Source of the DNA: Candidatus Aenigmatarchaeota archaeon
Lineage (GTDB): Archaea; Aenigmatarchaeota; Aenigmatarchaeia; PWEA01
Assembly: GCA_046539305.1 (NCBI GenBank)
Contig: JBKHHE010000002.1
Span: forward strand, 35,928-99,927
Reading direction: 5' to 3'
Length of the DNA: 64,000 nucleotides
Positions 46,716 to 55,369 of this stretch are shown in pieces. The notes under the pieces are model-generated. The model was not told the origin of the DNA. It worked only from the letters and a program-made list of their open reading frames with translations, and did not search any database. A program made the position numbers and the translations under genes. Positions within the stretch are counted from its first letter, which is position 1. Each line of letters opens with the position of its first letter.

Positions 46716-47082
46716 GCTGGTGAAGAGGATAATAAGACAGAAACTGAAGGAGAGAGGCGTTGTAAGAAGTCAGGAAGAACTTGGTAAATTAGTGGATGAG
46801 GAGCTTCAGAGGATAGACGATTCTTTCCAGATATCCCCTGAAAGGACAAGAAGGATAGCGCTGGAACTTTCAAACGTGGAGGTAACGGTAAAAACGAGAA
46901 AGTCTCGAGAAAAGAGGCCAGAGGAATGTCCTGCCTGTGGTGGAGAGTTAAGGGGCCTCTACGCAAAAAATCTGGAAGGGGAAAGGACTGAGGTCGGTTT
47001 TAGATGTGAAAACTGTGGTTATCACGGCGATGTAGAGGCATTTATACCCATGAGATACGAGTTCAGGTTGACCAAGGATTAA
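46681..47082 (+). CDS. Hypothetical protein with a C-terminal C4 zinc ribbon
   Basis: CPACGG...CENCGYHGD; start uncertain because the 5' end overlaps thiI. Confidence 0.4.
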   Translation: MRCLRLKIPNPELVKRIIRQKLKERGVVRSQEELGKLVDEELQRIDDSFQISPERTRRIALELSNVEVTVKTRKSREKRPEECPACGGELRGLYAKNLEGERTEVGFRCENCGYHGDVEAFIPMRYEFRLTKD

Positions 47083-47116
47083 ACTCTTATAGTTTGAGGC
47101 CTTTCATATAAACTGC

Positions 47117-47330
47117 GCCGGCGTGGCCGAGTCAGGCTCAAGGCGGTGGATTCGAGTCCGGATATGTTGAGCAAACGCGATGAAAGAGAAACATCCACTG
47201 GGCGTTAAGGACAGAGCGCGTAGGTCTCACCTACGCCGGTCGACTAGGCCCGCGCAGGTTCAAAGGAACCTTTTTCGAAAAAAGGTTCATCAAAAAGGAG
47301 AAGGTTCGGGAAATCCTGCCGCCGGCGCCA
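47117..47330 (+). tRNA. tRNA-Ser (anticodon CGA) with three insertions: about 36 nt at 37/38, about 44 nt in the variable arm (8-bp hairpin) and about 48 nt in the T-loop. CCA is encoded
   Basis: Acceptor GCCGGCG/CGCCGGC; D-arm GCC...GGC; anticodon arm GTGGA-TTCGAG[...]A-TCCAC; variable stem GGGC/GCCC; T-arm GCAGG-TTCAAA[...]T-CCTGC; followed by an oligo-T tract. Confidence 0.65.
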
Positions 47331-47365
47331 TTTCTTTTTTTAATCATGAGATACACAGTCTCGAC

Positions 47366-48031
47366 ATGGTAGAAGAGTTCAAAGGTATAGTTTTCGACAT
47401 GGACGGCGTGCTGGTAAACTCAATGCAGTACCACGCGGTTTCATTTGAGAAAACTCTGAAAAAAATAGGCGTGGATGTGGACAGGAAAGACGTTTACATG
47501 CTGGAAGGAGAAGGGTCGGAGCTCGTCATAAGAGATATTCTCGGGAAGAAGGGAGTTGAGACTGGGGATGAAATTGTAAGGGATCTAGTCGAGAAGAAGA
47601 GGGAGATGTTCGACGAGATAGAGAACACAGAACCCTTTCCAGGAATAAGGAACTTCCTGGAAAGGCTCAAGAACAAGTTCAAGCTTGGACTGGTGACAGG
47701 AACCAACCGAGACACTGCACAAGGTTACATAGAAGAATATTTCGGGGGTGTTTTTGACGAGATAATAACCGAGGACGATACGGAGAACAAAAAACCCGAG
47801 CCTGAGCCCTACAGTAAATGTTTCGAAAGGCTGGGACTTTCGTCCGAAGAAGTTCTGGTCGTGGAAAACGCGCCCCTGGGCGTGAAGGCCGCGAAGAGGG
47901 CCGGTGCAACCTGCTGGGCAATAGCGACCTACGTGGACAGCGAGGCTCTGAAAGGAGCCGATGCTGACAGTGTGTTTGAAAACCACGAGGAGTTCATAGA
48001 GCATGCCGGGGAAGCGTTGTTACCAGGATAG
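47366..48031 (+). CDS. HAD-superfamily hydrolase (beta-phosphoglucomutase-like)
   Basis: IVFDMDGVLVNS motif I; K...GDxxxD motifs; the upstream 62 codons of the ORF overlap tRNA-Ser and are discounted. Confidence 0.8.
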   Translation: MVEEFKGIVFDMDGVLVNSMQYHAVSFEKTLKKIGVDVDRKDVYMLEGEGSELVIRDILGKKGVETGDEIVRDLVEKKREMFDEIENTEPFPGIRNFLERLKNKFKLGLVTGTNRDTAQGYIEEYFGGVFDEIITEDDTENKKPEPEPYSKCFERLGLSSEEVLVVENAPLGVKAAKRAGATCWAIATYVDSEALKGADADSVFENHEEFIEHAGEALLPG

Positions 48032-48077
48032 CGTTCGGGAAAGCTTTATATTGATTAACGGACAACTGAAATACCGT

Positions 48078-48152
48078 GCGGTCGTGGTCTAGTGGCTAGG
48101 ACACGACCCTGCCACGGTCGTAGCCCGGGTTCAAATCCCGGCGACCGCACCA
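48078..48152 (+). tRNA. tRNA-Gly (anticodon GCC), intron-less. CCA is encoded
   Basis: GCGGTCG-TG-GTCT-AGTGGCTAGGAC-ACGACC-CTGCCAC-GGTCGT-AGC-CCGGG-TTCAAAT-CCCGG-CGACCGC-A-CCA. Confidence 0.9.
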
Positions 48153-48182
48153 GTTTTATTTCTTGAAATATAGATATAAGGT

Positions 48183-48848
48183 ATGTCCTGGAGAGATGTG
48201 ATTCAGGAGAAAAGCGACGAGGTGCCCTTCCTTGTTTTCGTATCCTTTCTCATCTCGTTTTTGGCCGCGCGAATATATGTGTACTTCCTGGGAAATGTAG
48301 GGACCGCTGCAGACATCTTTCCCTTTGAGAAATACATCCTACATCACTTATACTACGGCGTGGGTCTCCTTATAATCGCAGGATGGATATCAATAATATA
48401 CAAAGATAAAAACCTTAACAGAATCTCCGCGGTTATCTACGGTGCTGGCCTGGGAATATTCTTCGACGAAGTGGGCCTTCTTCTGACTGAATTCGCGGAC
48501 TATTGGGCAGGTATAACCTACACTGTAGTAGTTGTTATATCTCTTTTGCTTCTGAATATAGTATTCTTCTCGGATTTCTGGGAGGAAGTAAGGTCTGGGG
48601 TAACGGCATTTGCAGAAAGACACAGGCTTGACCGCGGTCCCTGGAACCTGATGGGTATGGTCGATATACTTGAGGAGGTTGAAGATAAAATGTCTCAAAC
48701 CAGGAAAATAACCACTGTCTTCGTCGGGATAATCCTGATAGTGACGGGGATACTGGTAATAAGGTACCCCTCTCTGATAAAATACTGGGTGGGCGGGGCC
48801 TTCGTCCTGAGTGGCATAGCCCATCTAATAGAAGTTGCCAAGAAATAA
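48183..48848 (+). CDS. Hypothetical integral membrane protein (about 6 TM)
   Basis: ORF with multiple hydrophobic helices. Confidence 0.5.
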   Translation: MSWRDVIQEKSDEVPFLVFVSFLISFLAARIYVYFLGNVGTAADIFPFEKYILHHLYYGVGLLIIAGWISIIYKDKNLNRISAVIYGAGLGIFFDEVGLLLTEFADYWAGITYTVVVVISLLLLNIVFFSDFWEEVRSGVTAFAERHRLDRGPWNLMGMVDILEEVEDKMSQTRKITTVFVGIILIVTGILVIRYPSLIKYWVGGAFVLSGIAHLIEVAKK

Positions 48849-48883
48849 CAAGAAATTTAAAGCTCGACGACGCAGGTAGAACC

Positions 48884-49420
48884 ATGTCTGAAGGTTTCAG
48901 CAGCAGGATATATTCAGACTGGATGAAGTCTACCCAAGAGAAGAAGTACACAGAGATACTACTGGACTTTATCCTGCCCCTGAAGAATAAGTTAAATATA
49001 GAAAACTGCCGAGTTCTTGACGTCGGTGTGGGTAAAGGATGGTTTGAGAAAAAGCTGATTGAAAGAGGTATGGACGCCGAGATTGTTGGCCTGGATATTG
49101 AAAAAACCGACTTAGCCACGGAAGGCGTTAGATTAATGCTTGGATCGGGTGACAGAATACCTCTGAAAGAGGAGAGTTTTGATTTCGTGGTTTCCTTCGA
49201 TACTGTTCACCTCCTCAAGAGTCCGGAGGAGATAGAGAGGGTTCTCAGTAAAGGAGGCTACGCACTAATCACCAGCCACTGCAATGAAAGAAACTTTAAA
49301 AAGAAGAAACAAAAAATTAACTCACTGTTCGAGATGGATGTGCTGAAGGAGGGGCTAGTGGGAGACCCTCAGGAGGAAATGAGCTACGCCGTTTTGTTAA
49401 AGAAAGGGTCCGTGGTCTAG
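48884..49420 (+). CDS. Class I SAM-dependent methyltransferase. Its last 15 nt overlap tRNA-Val
   Basis: VLDVGVGKGWF (motif I) and FDFVVSF (motif II). Confidence 0.7.
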   Translation: MSEGFSSRIYSDWMKSTQEKKYTEILLDFILPLKNKLNIENCRVLDVGVGKGWFEKKLIERGMDAEIVGLDIEKTDLATEGVRLMLGSGDRIPLKEESFDFVVSFDTVHLLKSPEEIERVLSKGGYALITSHCNERNFKKKKQKINSLFEMDVLKEGLVGDPQEEMSYAVLLKKGSVV

Positions 49421-49521
49421 CGGCTGGGAATCTTTTGTAAAGGTTGGTTATAAGATTCCACGTAAATGACGTCGCCTTGACATGGCGAAGGTCCCCCGTT
49501 CAAATCGGGGCGGACCCACCA
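49406..49521 (+). tRNA. tRNA-Val (anticodon GAC) with about a 39-nt insertion in the D-loop. CCA is encoded
   Basis: GGGTCCG-TG-GTCT-AGCGGCT[insertion GGGAATCTTTTGTAAAGGTTGGTTATAAGATTCC...]TGAC-G-TCGCC-TTGACAT-GGCGA-AGGTC-CCCCG-TTCAAAT-CGGGG-CGGACCC-A-CCA; oligo-T follows. Confidence 0.7.
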
Positions 49522-49547
49522 CTCTTTTTTTATCTCAGAAATTTTCT

Positions 49548-50456
49548 TCAAACTTCCGGCTGAGTAGTAACAGTAACGTCGTCCTCTACGAAGTATCCGT
49601 AACGAAGTCTGATTTTTACGGGTATCGCCATCTCGGGCTCAACATCGTCTTCATCAATATCTATTCTGCATCCTTTCCTGAAGTCGTGATCCCAGAAACT
49701 TACCTCTCCAAATTCTCCTCCGTAAGCATCGGCACAGTCGCCTACAAGTTCTCCAGGGTCTCCGACATCTATCTTCATTTCTATAGTATTCCTATCCAGG
49801 TCGTCCAGGACGCTACCCTCCAGGTATGCGGTGCCAGGCCCGGTATTCTGGCCAATAATAGTCAGCCTGAAGTCATCACCACCTTCCTCTATAGAAGGTG
49901 CCCTGCCTGGCTCCGGCAGGCTCACGGAAAACGGTCCTGCGGAGGTCACCGGTGCTTCAACTGCAGGTATTTCTTCGTCCTCCCTTGCCCTTGCCCTGTG
50001 CTCGTTTCTGTTCAGGGCAGGAACGTTCACCTCGGCAACGGTTTCGTATTCGTAATATACCCTCACCTTCGGGTTGTCTGTCCGCTCGACTGACTCCACC
50101 TCTGGAGCTTCAAGGCTCCAGTCCTCCGTCCTCGACTCTCCCTGATATTCATCTGTGGCCTTCTCCAAGGTATCGATGTCTTTCGGATTATCTTCATTTT
50201 CCTTCAAACTCAGTTTTCCTCGGTTGAAGATTTGAGCTTTGATGTTTTCCGCATTTACTGTTCCCATATTTTTGACATCCAGTATGATTTCCAAATCCTC
50301 GTTACTATAGACGGCCTCTGGATAGGCCTCAAGTCTATCAATTATTACACCGTCTTGTTGCGGTTCTGACTCCTCCTCGCCGAAGTCTAAACAACCGGAA
50401 ACCGCAACTACAAGCAAAGATGTGATAAGTAAAGCACCGATCTTCTTAGCTCTCAT
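49548..50456 (-). CDS. Secreted CARDB-like lipoprotein, paralog 1 (signal peptide + VSGC lipobox-like cysteine)
   Basis: MRAKKIGALLITSLLVVAVSGC...; GGDDFRLTIIGQNTGPG motif; about 300 aa, acidic. Confidence 0.6.
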   Translation of the reverse strand: MRAKKIGALLITSLLVVAVSGCLDFGEEESEPQQDGVIIDRLEAYPEAVYSNEDLEIILDVKNMGTVNAENIKAQIFNRGKLSLKENEDNPKDIDTLEKATDEYQGESRTEDWSLEAPEVESVERTDNPKVRVYYEYETVAEVNVPALNRNEHRARAREDEEIPAVEAPVTSAGPFSVSLPEPGRAPSIEEGGDDFRLTIIGQNTGPGTAYLEGSVLDDLDRNTIEMKIDVGDPGELVGDCADAYGGEFGEVSFWDHDFRKGCRIDIDEDDVEPEMAIPVKIRLRYGYFVEDDVTVTTQPEV

Positions 50457-50505
50457 CTATCCACCTAATTGTATTTTGGAATATTTACTTTATAAGGCTT
50501 TGCCT

Positions 50506-51408
50506 TTAAGGTGCGACTGTCACGGAAACCATACCATCAATAATGTATCTGTAGTCAGCATATACTTCAAACGACTCCTCTTCAAGTATGTCCACCTTGT
50601 CAGGAGCAACAAAACGACAGGATATCGTGGAAGTTTCATCCTCATGGAAGTAAAGGTCATCGGCCAAAGTGAGGTTGCCATTCTCTTCAACCATCTTTCC
50701 CTGGCATCCACCTTTCTGGTTCAGCGAATCCTCGGGCCAGTCCAAGACCACGCTCCCCTCTTCAAGGACCTGATCCTTTACACTTCCCTCGCCGACGTTC
50801 CTGAACTTTATCTCAAGTATGAAATCATCTCCTCCCAGTACTGGCTGTTCGTCGGGTGTGGAGATGTTTATGTCAAGGGGCGAATCCCTCTTGAAATACC
50901 CCAGCTCCAAAGGCTCCTCAACGCCCTCATCCTTCCTCCTTAGAAACTCGTCCTCGGACATGATGGCGACGCCGTAGCTTGCATACCCTTCTGAATCGTA
51001 CCCAACCCTGTAACGGAAATTAGAAGTCCTGGCCATGGGGACATCTCCCGCCACAAACCCCCATTCCAGGTTTTTGATCTCTCCTGGTTTGAGATCGCCA
51101 ACCTCCTTCTCCTTGTACGCGTCCTCCTCCACCGACTCAAAATGGCCGAGGTCCGTCATCTTCAGCAAAACGTCGCCAACAGTGGCATTTCCTTCGTTCT
51201 CAATTTCGAACTGAAGCCTTGTCTTCCTGCCCACTTCAACTTCATCCCGCAGAGACTCCGCCGAAACCGAAACCTTTTCCGTGACTATATACTCCGGCTC
51301 ACCAACCCCCAGAATCCCTGCCAGGTCAACGTCCGTAGCGAAGCCCATACATCCCGATACACCTACTACAAGAAGTAAGGCCAGGAGAACAGCTGCCGTC
51401 TTATTCAT
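50506..51408 (-). CDS. Secreted CARDB-like lipoprotein, paralog 2
   Basis: MNKTAAVLLALLLVVGVSGC...; GGDDFILEIKFRNVGEG motif. Confidence 0.6.
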   Translation of the reverse strand: MNKTAAVLLALLLVVGVSGCMGFATDVDLAGILGVGEPEYIVTEKVSVSAESLRDEVEVGRKTRLQFEIENEGNATVGDVLLKMTDLGHFESVEEDAYKEKEVGDLKPGEIKNLEWGFVAGDVPMARTSNFRYRVGYDSEGYASYGVAIMSEDEFLRRKDEGVEEPLELGYFKRDSPLDINISTPDEQPVLGGDDFILEIKFRNVGEGSVKDQVLEEGSVVLDWPEDSLNQKGGCQGKMVEENGNLTLADDLYFHEDETSTISCRFVAPDKVDILEEESFEVYADYRYIIDGMVSVTVAP

Positions 51409-51430
51409 GTCTGATCAAGGGATTTGGAAT

Positions 51431-52354
51431 CTACGGCTCTACCTCTACACTATGCTCGTGCAAAAGCTCGTACTCGTAGTCGTTTATTTCGACCTGGACT
51501 GTCTGCTCCTCTACCGGGCCCGGTCCTTCTATTGTCGCGTCTTCAATGACGCAGGATATTCTCGGTGTGGAGCCCTCGCTGAAGTAAAGGGTTTTATCGG
51601 TATTCCTCATAGGCCATATACAGTATTTACCTCCATTATCCTGCTCTTCCGTGTAGAAGTCTTTTATTTCCTCGCCGTTGTGCTTTATCGTTATATCCTC
51701 GGTACCCAGCTCGGTTCCCATCTTTCCTTCGCCTGTGTTCTCCATGTAGATATCGAAACCAACATCAGTTTCCTCGATAAGGGGCTGGTCTCCCCAGAAG
51801 TCTATGTAGGCCTTGATAGGTCCGTCTGCGTAGCTCGCCGTCGGACTGACCCCTATGCTCTCACCTCTCCGGTCCATCTCCCTGACATGGTCCTGGGTCA
51901 CGAGGTATAGGTCGTGTGTGGACCGGGCGTCGAAGGTATAGCTCACTCTAAATCTAAGTGAACAGTCTCTTGGCATGTGTCCCATATCCTCGGAATCGGG
52001 CGTCTCAAAATTCCACCGAACCTCCCTCTCCCCTCCCCTGTATATGTCGTCATCTCTGATATCACTGCCTTCCGTTCGGTTACACATACCCCAATCGTAA
52101 AGTTCCACGTCAACACCTTCGGTGTCCTCATTCTCGTACAGATTCTTTACCAGGAAAGAAAACTCAAAGCCCGAATCCGAAGCTATGGGCGGATTGGGTA
52201 TTACATTTTTATCGGCAACCTCAAGAACGTCGCTGGGAGCTTCCTCTTCCTCCGTGCCGACGCCCATGATCCCGGCAAGGCCTCCTCCTTCCACACATCC
52301 AGAGGTAAATAAGACTAATCCCAGGGCCAGGATCAGAACCACAAACCTTTTCAT
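51431..52354 (-). CDS. Secreted CARDB-like lipoprotein, paralog 3
   Basis: MKRFVVLILALGLVLFTSGC...; similar size and motif layout. Confidence 0.6.
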   Translation of the reverse strand: MKRFVVLILALGLVLFTSGCVEGGGLAGIMGVGTEEEEAPSDVLEVADKNVIPNPPIASDSGFEFSFLVKNLYENEDTEGVDVELYDWGMCNRTEGSDIRDDDIYRGGEREVRWNFETPDSEDMGHMPRDCSLRFRVSYTFDARSTHDLYLVTQDHVREMDRRGESIGVSPTASYADGPIKAYIDFWGDQPLIEETDVGFDIYMENTGEGKMGTELGTEDITIKHNGEEIKDFYTEEQDNGGKYCIWPMRNTDKTLYFSEGSTPRISCVIEDATIEGPGPVEEQTVQVEINDYEYELLHEHSVEVEP

Positions 52355-52417
52355 AAAACCACTATATCTTGTTTTTGCTCCCCAGTAAATATAAATCTTT
52401 CCATTTACTCACCATCC

Positions 52418-55336
52418 TCATCCTCCTCCACCCCCACCATCGTCCTCATCTCCATCCTCTGGAACACATCTATAGACGTCTCCATCGCACTTGTAATCCT
52501 CCTCGAAGCTATCTTTACACCGACTATCGCCGTATTCATCGTGGCCAGGAATACATTCGTACCTCACCTCGACCGTGCTGGTCCTGCTGAACTGATACCT
52601 GTACTCTACCTCCGTCATCAGGTTTTTGGTCTGGTCAGGAGCACCATCTATGTCCAAGTGTTGTTCACCGTCGACGACACACCTCGCATCGATTGTCTCG
52701 TCCGGCTCCAGACCCAGCTTCTCACCTGTCTCATGCTCGTGTGCCTGCAGGCTCTCTATAGTTTCTAGCCTGTTGTTGATGTCCTTCTCTATAACCTTGC
52801 CGCATTCCTTTCCATCATTGCTTTCTACGGGTTCTCCGTCTATCGTTATATTTTTGATCGTTATATCTCTCAGATAGCCCTCGCCCCGGTTGGTCACGGG
52901 GAAGAAAAGGGTCCTGGTCTCACCGTCTTTCACGGGCTGCTGCGTGCCCACGCCGAGGCCGACAGCAAGGGGACCCCATTCGAACCTTGACGTGGGTTCA
53001 TAGAAATCTGTGTCACGGAGCTGGTCGTACCTGTCCTCGCTGTAAATTTCCACCTCCAGATCTGCGTAGGTGTGGACATCGTAGGCCGCGTCGATGCCGT
53101 AAGTCATGTACTCTCCAGGCTTCGCGTTTTCTTCGAAAGCAGTGTGTGTGACCGTGAAAGTGTGGGACTGTCCGGGTCTGAGGTCGACTTTACAGGGTTG
53201 TGAATCCCAATAAGCCCTATATGATTCTTCGTCATCATCGGATTCTGTGTGTCCACTCGCATCTTCACAAGGCGGACCAAACTCCCAACTGCTCCCTATA
53301 GTATTAAGAACGGGGCCGTCGGGCGACCATGTTTTCTCGGAGGTGTCGTAAATAGTCCTGGGAGCCAACTTGACATCCTCTACGGTAGGTGGTTCGTCGA
53401 CGTCTTCACGGGTCAGGGTATTCTTCAGGTCAAAGGTGTAAGTAAATATACCCTCTTCGTCAAAACCTTGGTCAGTTTTTATTGGTTCCTCAATCCTGTT
53501 CCCTGGAAGGCCTACCGGCTCCGGATTGGTTACCTCAACTGCCGTGTAGGACTTCTCAGCCTCGGTATCCGGCCGCCATATCTCCATACACGCCTGCGGT
53601 GACTGGAGACAGGTCCAGCCCTGGCCCATAGTCATCTGAATATCCTGGAAACCTGTAAGCATAGGAGAAGCTGCCGACTCAATTACCTGTATCCTGTTGT
53701 GCACGGTCGGCCACCAATCCCCAAATACAGCCTCCCCCATAACCTGTGGATAGGCCGTGGTTGCGGCCATAATTGCTATAGGTAAAACTATCATCCCCAT
53801 TACAGGCCTGGCCTCTGGAATAGGAACGGCTGTGGAGAGTCCCATCAAGACGATACCGATGTAAAGGACGGCCGCGACCGTGGTTCCCATGAGGGCGTAT
53901 CCACCCAAAACCAGGCCAATTAAGCCAGTAATTCCGGAAAACGCGGTACCGGCTTGTCCAGAACCAAAGGCCTTATACAAAAAAATTATCCCAATAAAAC
54001 CAGCAACCACTGGAAGTATCCAACGGGGGGAAATAATAATTGCCAGAATAACACCTATGATAATAAAAAAGATTAAAGATGTTTTTAAAATTCCCGGCGG
54101 TCCCTTGTTAACCGCTTCTATAAAGCCATCTGCCGCCTCCTTGAAACCTTTTGCTATTTCACCAGGCTTGCCTTCTCCGTAATCTCTAAATTTAGGAATT
54201 ACGATAAAGAAGGCTAATGAGAGAGAGAGTAGGGAAAGACCAAGTTTCCAATTTGTACTCCATATTCCGGAACCCCATACAAATGTCCAGTTGAATAGAG
54301 GTATCAGAACAAAAGCACCGTAAATAAACCTCATAATCATCATTATTCTTTCCAGCTGCCTCTCCTCTTCCCGGTCTGCAGAAGGCTTGCTGGGAAAGGT
54401 GAAGATTCCTATGGCCGCGACGATCATGGGGATCATCCTAAACACTGCCCGATCACCGACGAAAGCCAAAAGGCCGCCCGTAAGGAATATGAATCCGAAT
54501 ACCCTGAAACCGGGCTTCGCGTAGCCCCACGGAAGCGTCTTAGGAAAAATACGGTCGAAGACTAAACCAATTATTCCAAGCATGGTCAAGGCGTAGGCCA
54601 TTCCTCCGAAGCCTATCATCGGGAGGACTATGGCTATAATTAAAACCGCTATGAACATGAAAGCTATGCTTGCGACCCTCGAGCGCAGCGCCTCGCCAAA
54701 CTCGCTCGATGCCCTTTCCTTTTCCTCTTCCTTTTTATTCGCCTTTGCCGTTAATTCCTCCAGCCTTTCTGTGCTTCTAGCAAATTCTCCACATTTATTA
54801 CATTCCCACACTTCTTTATCCGGGTCGTAAGTCCAATCATCGTGGATTTCCTCGCAGTTGTCACAGTACCAGTTCCATTTGGATTCATCTTCCTCCGTTT
54901 CTTCGCCTTTTCCTTCTCCACTGTCTTTATCAGAAGGTGGAAGTCTCTCTTCAGCCTGCTTTTCTTGAATCATTTTATATAGCTCCTGTTCCTCATCTCC
55001 TGTCAAATTCCTGCCGCCTTGAAGTCCCCATTTCCTGACCTTCTGCTGAGCTTCCTGTAATTCTTCCCACGTCTCGGCTTTCTCTATCTTCTCTTTGATT
55101 TTTTCCTTATGCTCTTCTTTGGCTGCCTCCATCTCCGGCTCCCTTCTTTCTGTTTTTGGCTTCGGTTTTCCCTTCTCTTCCTTCCCGTAAACCCTGTCGG
55201 CGAGCTTTTCGATATAGTCGCGGCTCACGTTCTCGAAGACATCAGAAGTCCTGCGGACGGCCTCGTCTCTGGGAACTTCCATCTTCCTGTGGTTAATCAA
55301 AGCCTGCCTGGCTCTTTCACGGGGATCTTTGGGCAA
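52418..55336 (-). CDS. Large polytopic membrane protein (972 aa): charged coiled-coil N-terminus with a C4 zinc ribbon, at least 10 TM helices and a large cysteine-containing C-terminal ectodomain ending in poly-Gly
   Basis: WNWYCDNCEEIHDD...WECNKCGEF; long hydrophobic block at residues ~230-540; C-terminal ...CVPEDGDEDDGGGGGG. Confidence 0.6.
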   Translation of the reverse strand: MPKDPRERARQALINHRKMEVPRDEAVRRTSDVFENVSRDYIEKLADRVYGKEEKGKPKPKTERREPEMEAAKEEHKEKIKEKIEKAETWEELQEAQQKVRKWGLQGGRNLTGDEEQELYKMIQEKQAEERLPPSDKDSGEGKGEETEEDESKWNWYCDNCEEIHDDWTYDPDKEVWECNKCGEFARSTERLEELTAKANKKEEEKERASSEFGEALRSRVASIAFMFIAVLIIAIVLPMIGFGGMAYALTMLGIIGLVFDRIFPKTLPWGYAKPGFRVFGFIFLTGGLLAFVGDRAVFRMIPMIVAAIGIFTFPSKPSADREEERQLERIMMIMRFIYGAFVLIPLFNWTFVWGSGIWSTNWKLGLSLLSLSLAFFIVIPKFRDYGEGKPGEIAKGFKEAADGFIEAVNKGPPGILKTSLIFFIIIGVILAIIISPRWILPVVAGFIGIIFLYKAFGSGQAGTAFSGITGLIGLVLGGYALMGTTVAAVLYIGIVLMGLSTAVPIPEARPVMGMIVLPIAIMAATTAYPQVMGEAVFGDWWPTVHNRIQVIESAASPMLTGFQDIQMTMGQGWTCLQSPQACMEIWRPDTEAEKSYTAVEVTNPEPVGLPGNRIEEPIKTDQGFDEEGIFTYTFDLKNTLTREDVDEPPTVEDVKLAPRTIYDTSEKTWSPDGPVLNTIGSSWEFGPPCEDASGHTESDDDEESYRAYWDSQPCKVDLRPGQSHTFTVTHTAFEENAKPGEYMTYGIDAAYDVHTYADLEVEIYSEDRYDQLRDTDFYEPTSRFEWGPLAVGLGVGTQQPVKDGETRTLFFPVTNRGEGYLRDITIKNITIDGEPVESNDGKECGKVIEKDINNRLETIESLQAHEHETGEKLGLEPDETIDARCVVDGEQHLDIDGAPDQTKNLMTEVEYRYQFSRTSTVEVRYECIPGHDEYGDSRCKDSFEEDYKCDGDVYRCVPEDGDEDDGGGGGG

Positions 55337-55369
55337 CCTTCCACCTGTTTTACTTTAAAATCTTCACTT

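Noticed and set aside
47180-47365. N-terminal extension of the HAD hydrolase ORF running across tRNA-Ser(CGA)
   Set aside because: It reads through a structured tRNA gene. HAD motif I (FDMDGV) begins right after the internal ATG at 47366, so the short start is used.
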